Of a DNA stretch of 6,856 bases, positions 5,573 to 6,856 are shown one piece after another (the stretch's first letter is position 1; every line of letters starts with the position of its first letter). The notes beneath the pieces are model-generated. The model ran no database searches, had not been told where the DNA came from, and saw nothing but the letters and a program-made list of their open reading frames with translations. Source of the stretch: a virus (Duplodnaviria; Heunggongvirae; Uroviricota; Caudoviricetes); IMG/VR virus record IMGVR_UViG_2778261568_000010, positions 1 to 6,856 of that record. One strand, 5' to 3'. A program made the translations under genes and the position numbers.

Positions 5573-6856
5573 GTGAACACATTTTCAGTTTCCCGTCTGG
5601 CGCTGGCATTGGCTTTTGGCGTGACGCTGACCGCCTGTAGCTCAACACCGCCCGATCAACGTCCTTCTGATCAAACCGCGCCTGGTACCTCTTCTCGCCC
5701 GATTCTGTCGGCAAAAGAAGCGCAGAATTTCGATGCTCAACACTATTTTGCATCCCTGACACCAGGTGCGGCAGCGTGGAATCCTTCCCCGATTACCCTG
5801 CCTGCGCAACCTGACTTTGTTGTCGGCCCGGCGGGTACTCAAGGTGTAACGCATACCACGATTCAGGCGGCGGTAGATGCGGCAATTATCAAGCGCACCA
5901 ACAAGCGCCAGTATATTGCCGTGATGCCTGGTGAGTATCAGGGAACGGTGTATGTCCCTGCCGCTCCGGGTGGAATTACTCTGTACGGTACAGGTGAAAA
6001 ACCGATTGATGTGAAGATTGGGCTTTCCCTTGATGGGGGCATGAGCCCTGCCGACTGGCGTCACGACGTCAACCCGCGCGGCAAATATATGCCAGGTAAA
6101 CCAGCGTGGTATATGTACGATAGCTGCCAGAGCAAACGCAGCGACAGTATCGGTGTTCTCTGCTCTGCGGTCTTCTGGTCACAAAACAATGGCCTGCAAC
6201 TGCAAAATCTGACCATCGAAAACACGCTGGGCGATAGCGTAGATGCGGGTAACCATCCGGCGGTGGCACTGCGTACTGATGGTGACAAAGTGCAGATCAA
6301 TAACGTCAACATTCTCGGTCGTCAGAATACCTTCTTTGTCACCAACAGTGGTGTGCAAAACCGTCTGGAAACCAACCGTCAGCCGCGTACTCTGGTGACC
6401 AACAGTTACATTGAAGGGGATGTGGATATCGTTTCTGGTCGCGGCGCAGTGGTGTTCGATAACACCGAATTCCGCGTGGTGAACTCACGTACTCAGCAAG
6501 AAGCGTATGTGTTTGCACCGGCTACGCTGTCTAACATCTATTACGGTTTCCTCGCCGTAAACAGCCGTTTCAATGCTTCCGGTGATGGCGTGGCGCAACT
6601 GGGTCGCTCGCTGGATGTTGATGCCAATACCAACGGTCAGGTGGTGATCCGTGATAGCGCCATCAACGAAGGTTTTAACACAGCCAAACCCTGGGCTGAT
6701 GCGGTGATCTCTAATCGTCCGTTTGCGGGTAACACCGGCAGCGTTGATGATAACGACGAAATACAACGCAATCTGAATGACACTAACTACAACCGCATGT
6801 GGGAATACAATAACCGCGGCGTGGGTAGCAAAGTGGTTGCAGAGGCGAAGAAGTAA
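5573..6856 (+). CDS. ybhC: Host outer-membrane lipoprotein YbhC (pectinesterase-like, carbohydrate esterase family 8 fold; reported thioesterase activity), 427 aa
   Basis: GTG start with GGAG at 5563-5566. The N-terminus MNTFSVSRLALALAFGVTLTAC is a lipoprotein signal peptide with lipobox LTAC. The full-length translation matches E. coli YbhC as I recall it. Codon usage and GC content look host-like, unlike the AT-richer phage DNA to the left. Confidence 0.93.
   Translation: MNTFSVSRLALALAFGVTLTACSSTPPDQRPSDQTAPGTSSRPILSAKEAQNFDAQHYFASLTPGAAAWNPSPITLPAQPDFVVGPAGTQGVTHTTIQAAVDAAIIKRTNKRQYIAVMPGEYQGTVYVPAAPGGITLYGTGEKPIDVKIGLSLDGGMSPADWRHDVNPRGKYMPGKPAWYMYDSCQSKRSDSIGVLCSAVFWSQNNGLQLQNLTIENTLGDSVDAGNHPAVALRTDGDKVQINNVNILGRQNTFFVTNSGVQNRLETNRQPRTLVTNSYIEGDVDIVSGRGAVVFDNTEFRVVNSRTQQEAYVFAPATLSNIYYGFLAVNSRFNASGDGVAQLGRSLDVDANTNGQVVIRDSAINEGFNTAKPWADAVISNRPFAGNTGSVDDNDEIQRNLNDTNYNRMWEYNNRGVGSKVVAEAKK

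Noticed and set aside
5541-6766. Minus-strand ORFs overlapping ybhC (5541..5762, 5642..6064, 6061..6312, 6069..6269, 6485..6766)
   Set aside because: Antisense frames inside a GC-richer, confidently identified host gene; Arg/Cys-rich low-complexity translations typical of spurious frames.

Overview
This window is the int-proximal (left) end of a lambdoid prophage integrated at the classical lambda attachment site, immediately upstream of the host gene ybhC. Every gene is on the + strand. Reading left to right (the direction of the phage early-left transcript): a Kil-like small ORF, a second small ORF, an Erf-family recombinase, an SSB-like protein ending in DDSIPF, a run of four tightly coupled unknown small ORFs, an Ead/Ea22-like protein, a DUF551-type protein, a small predicted membrane protein, a 29-codon Cys-rich micro-ORF, and a 55-codon ORF flanked by two terminator-like hairpins. 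A TTGC-N6-TTGC motif (the cII-activated pI promoter element) then precedes xis and int, which match phage lambda Xis and Int essentially residue for residue from memory. The P' arm and the 15-bp core TTAGTATAAAAAAGC (reverse complement of GCTTTTTTATACTAA) follow at 5512..5526, then host B-arm DNA and ybhC (5573..6856, GTG start, lipoprotein signal). The prophage is a mosaic: a lambda-type integration module joined to a P22-like kil/erf recombination module rather than lambda Red. The best candidates for uncharacterised biology are the unknown co-translated small ORFs between ssb and xis (1422..3892). I see no rRNA, tRNA, CRISPR array or IS element. All homology calls rest on recalled family signatures and on motifs read directly in the translations; nothing was searched or aligned.
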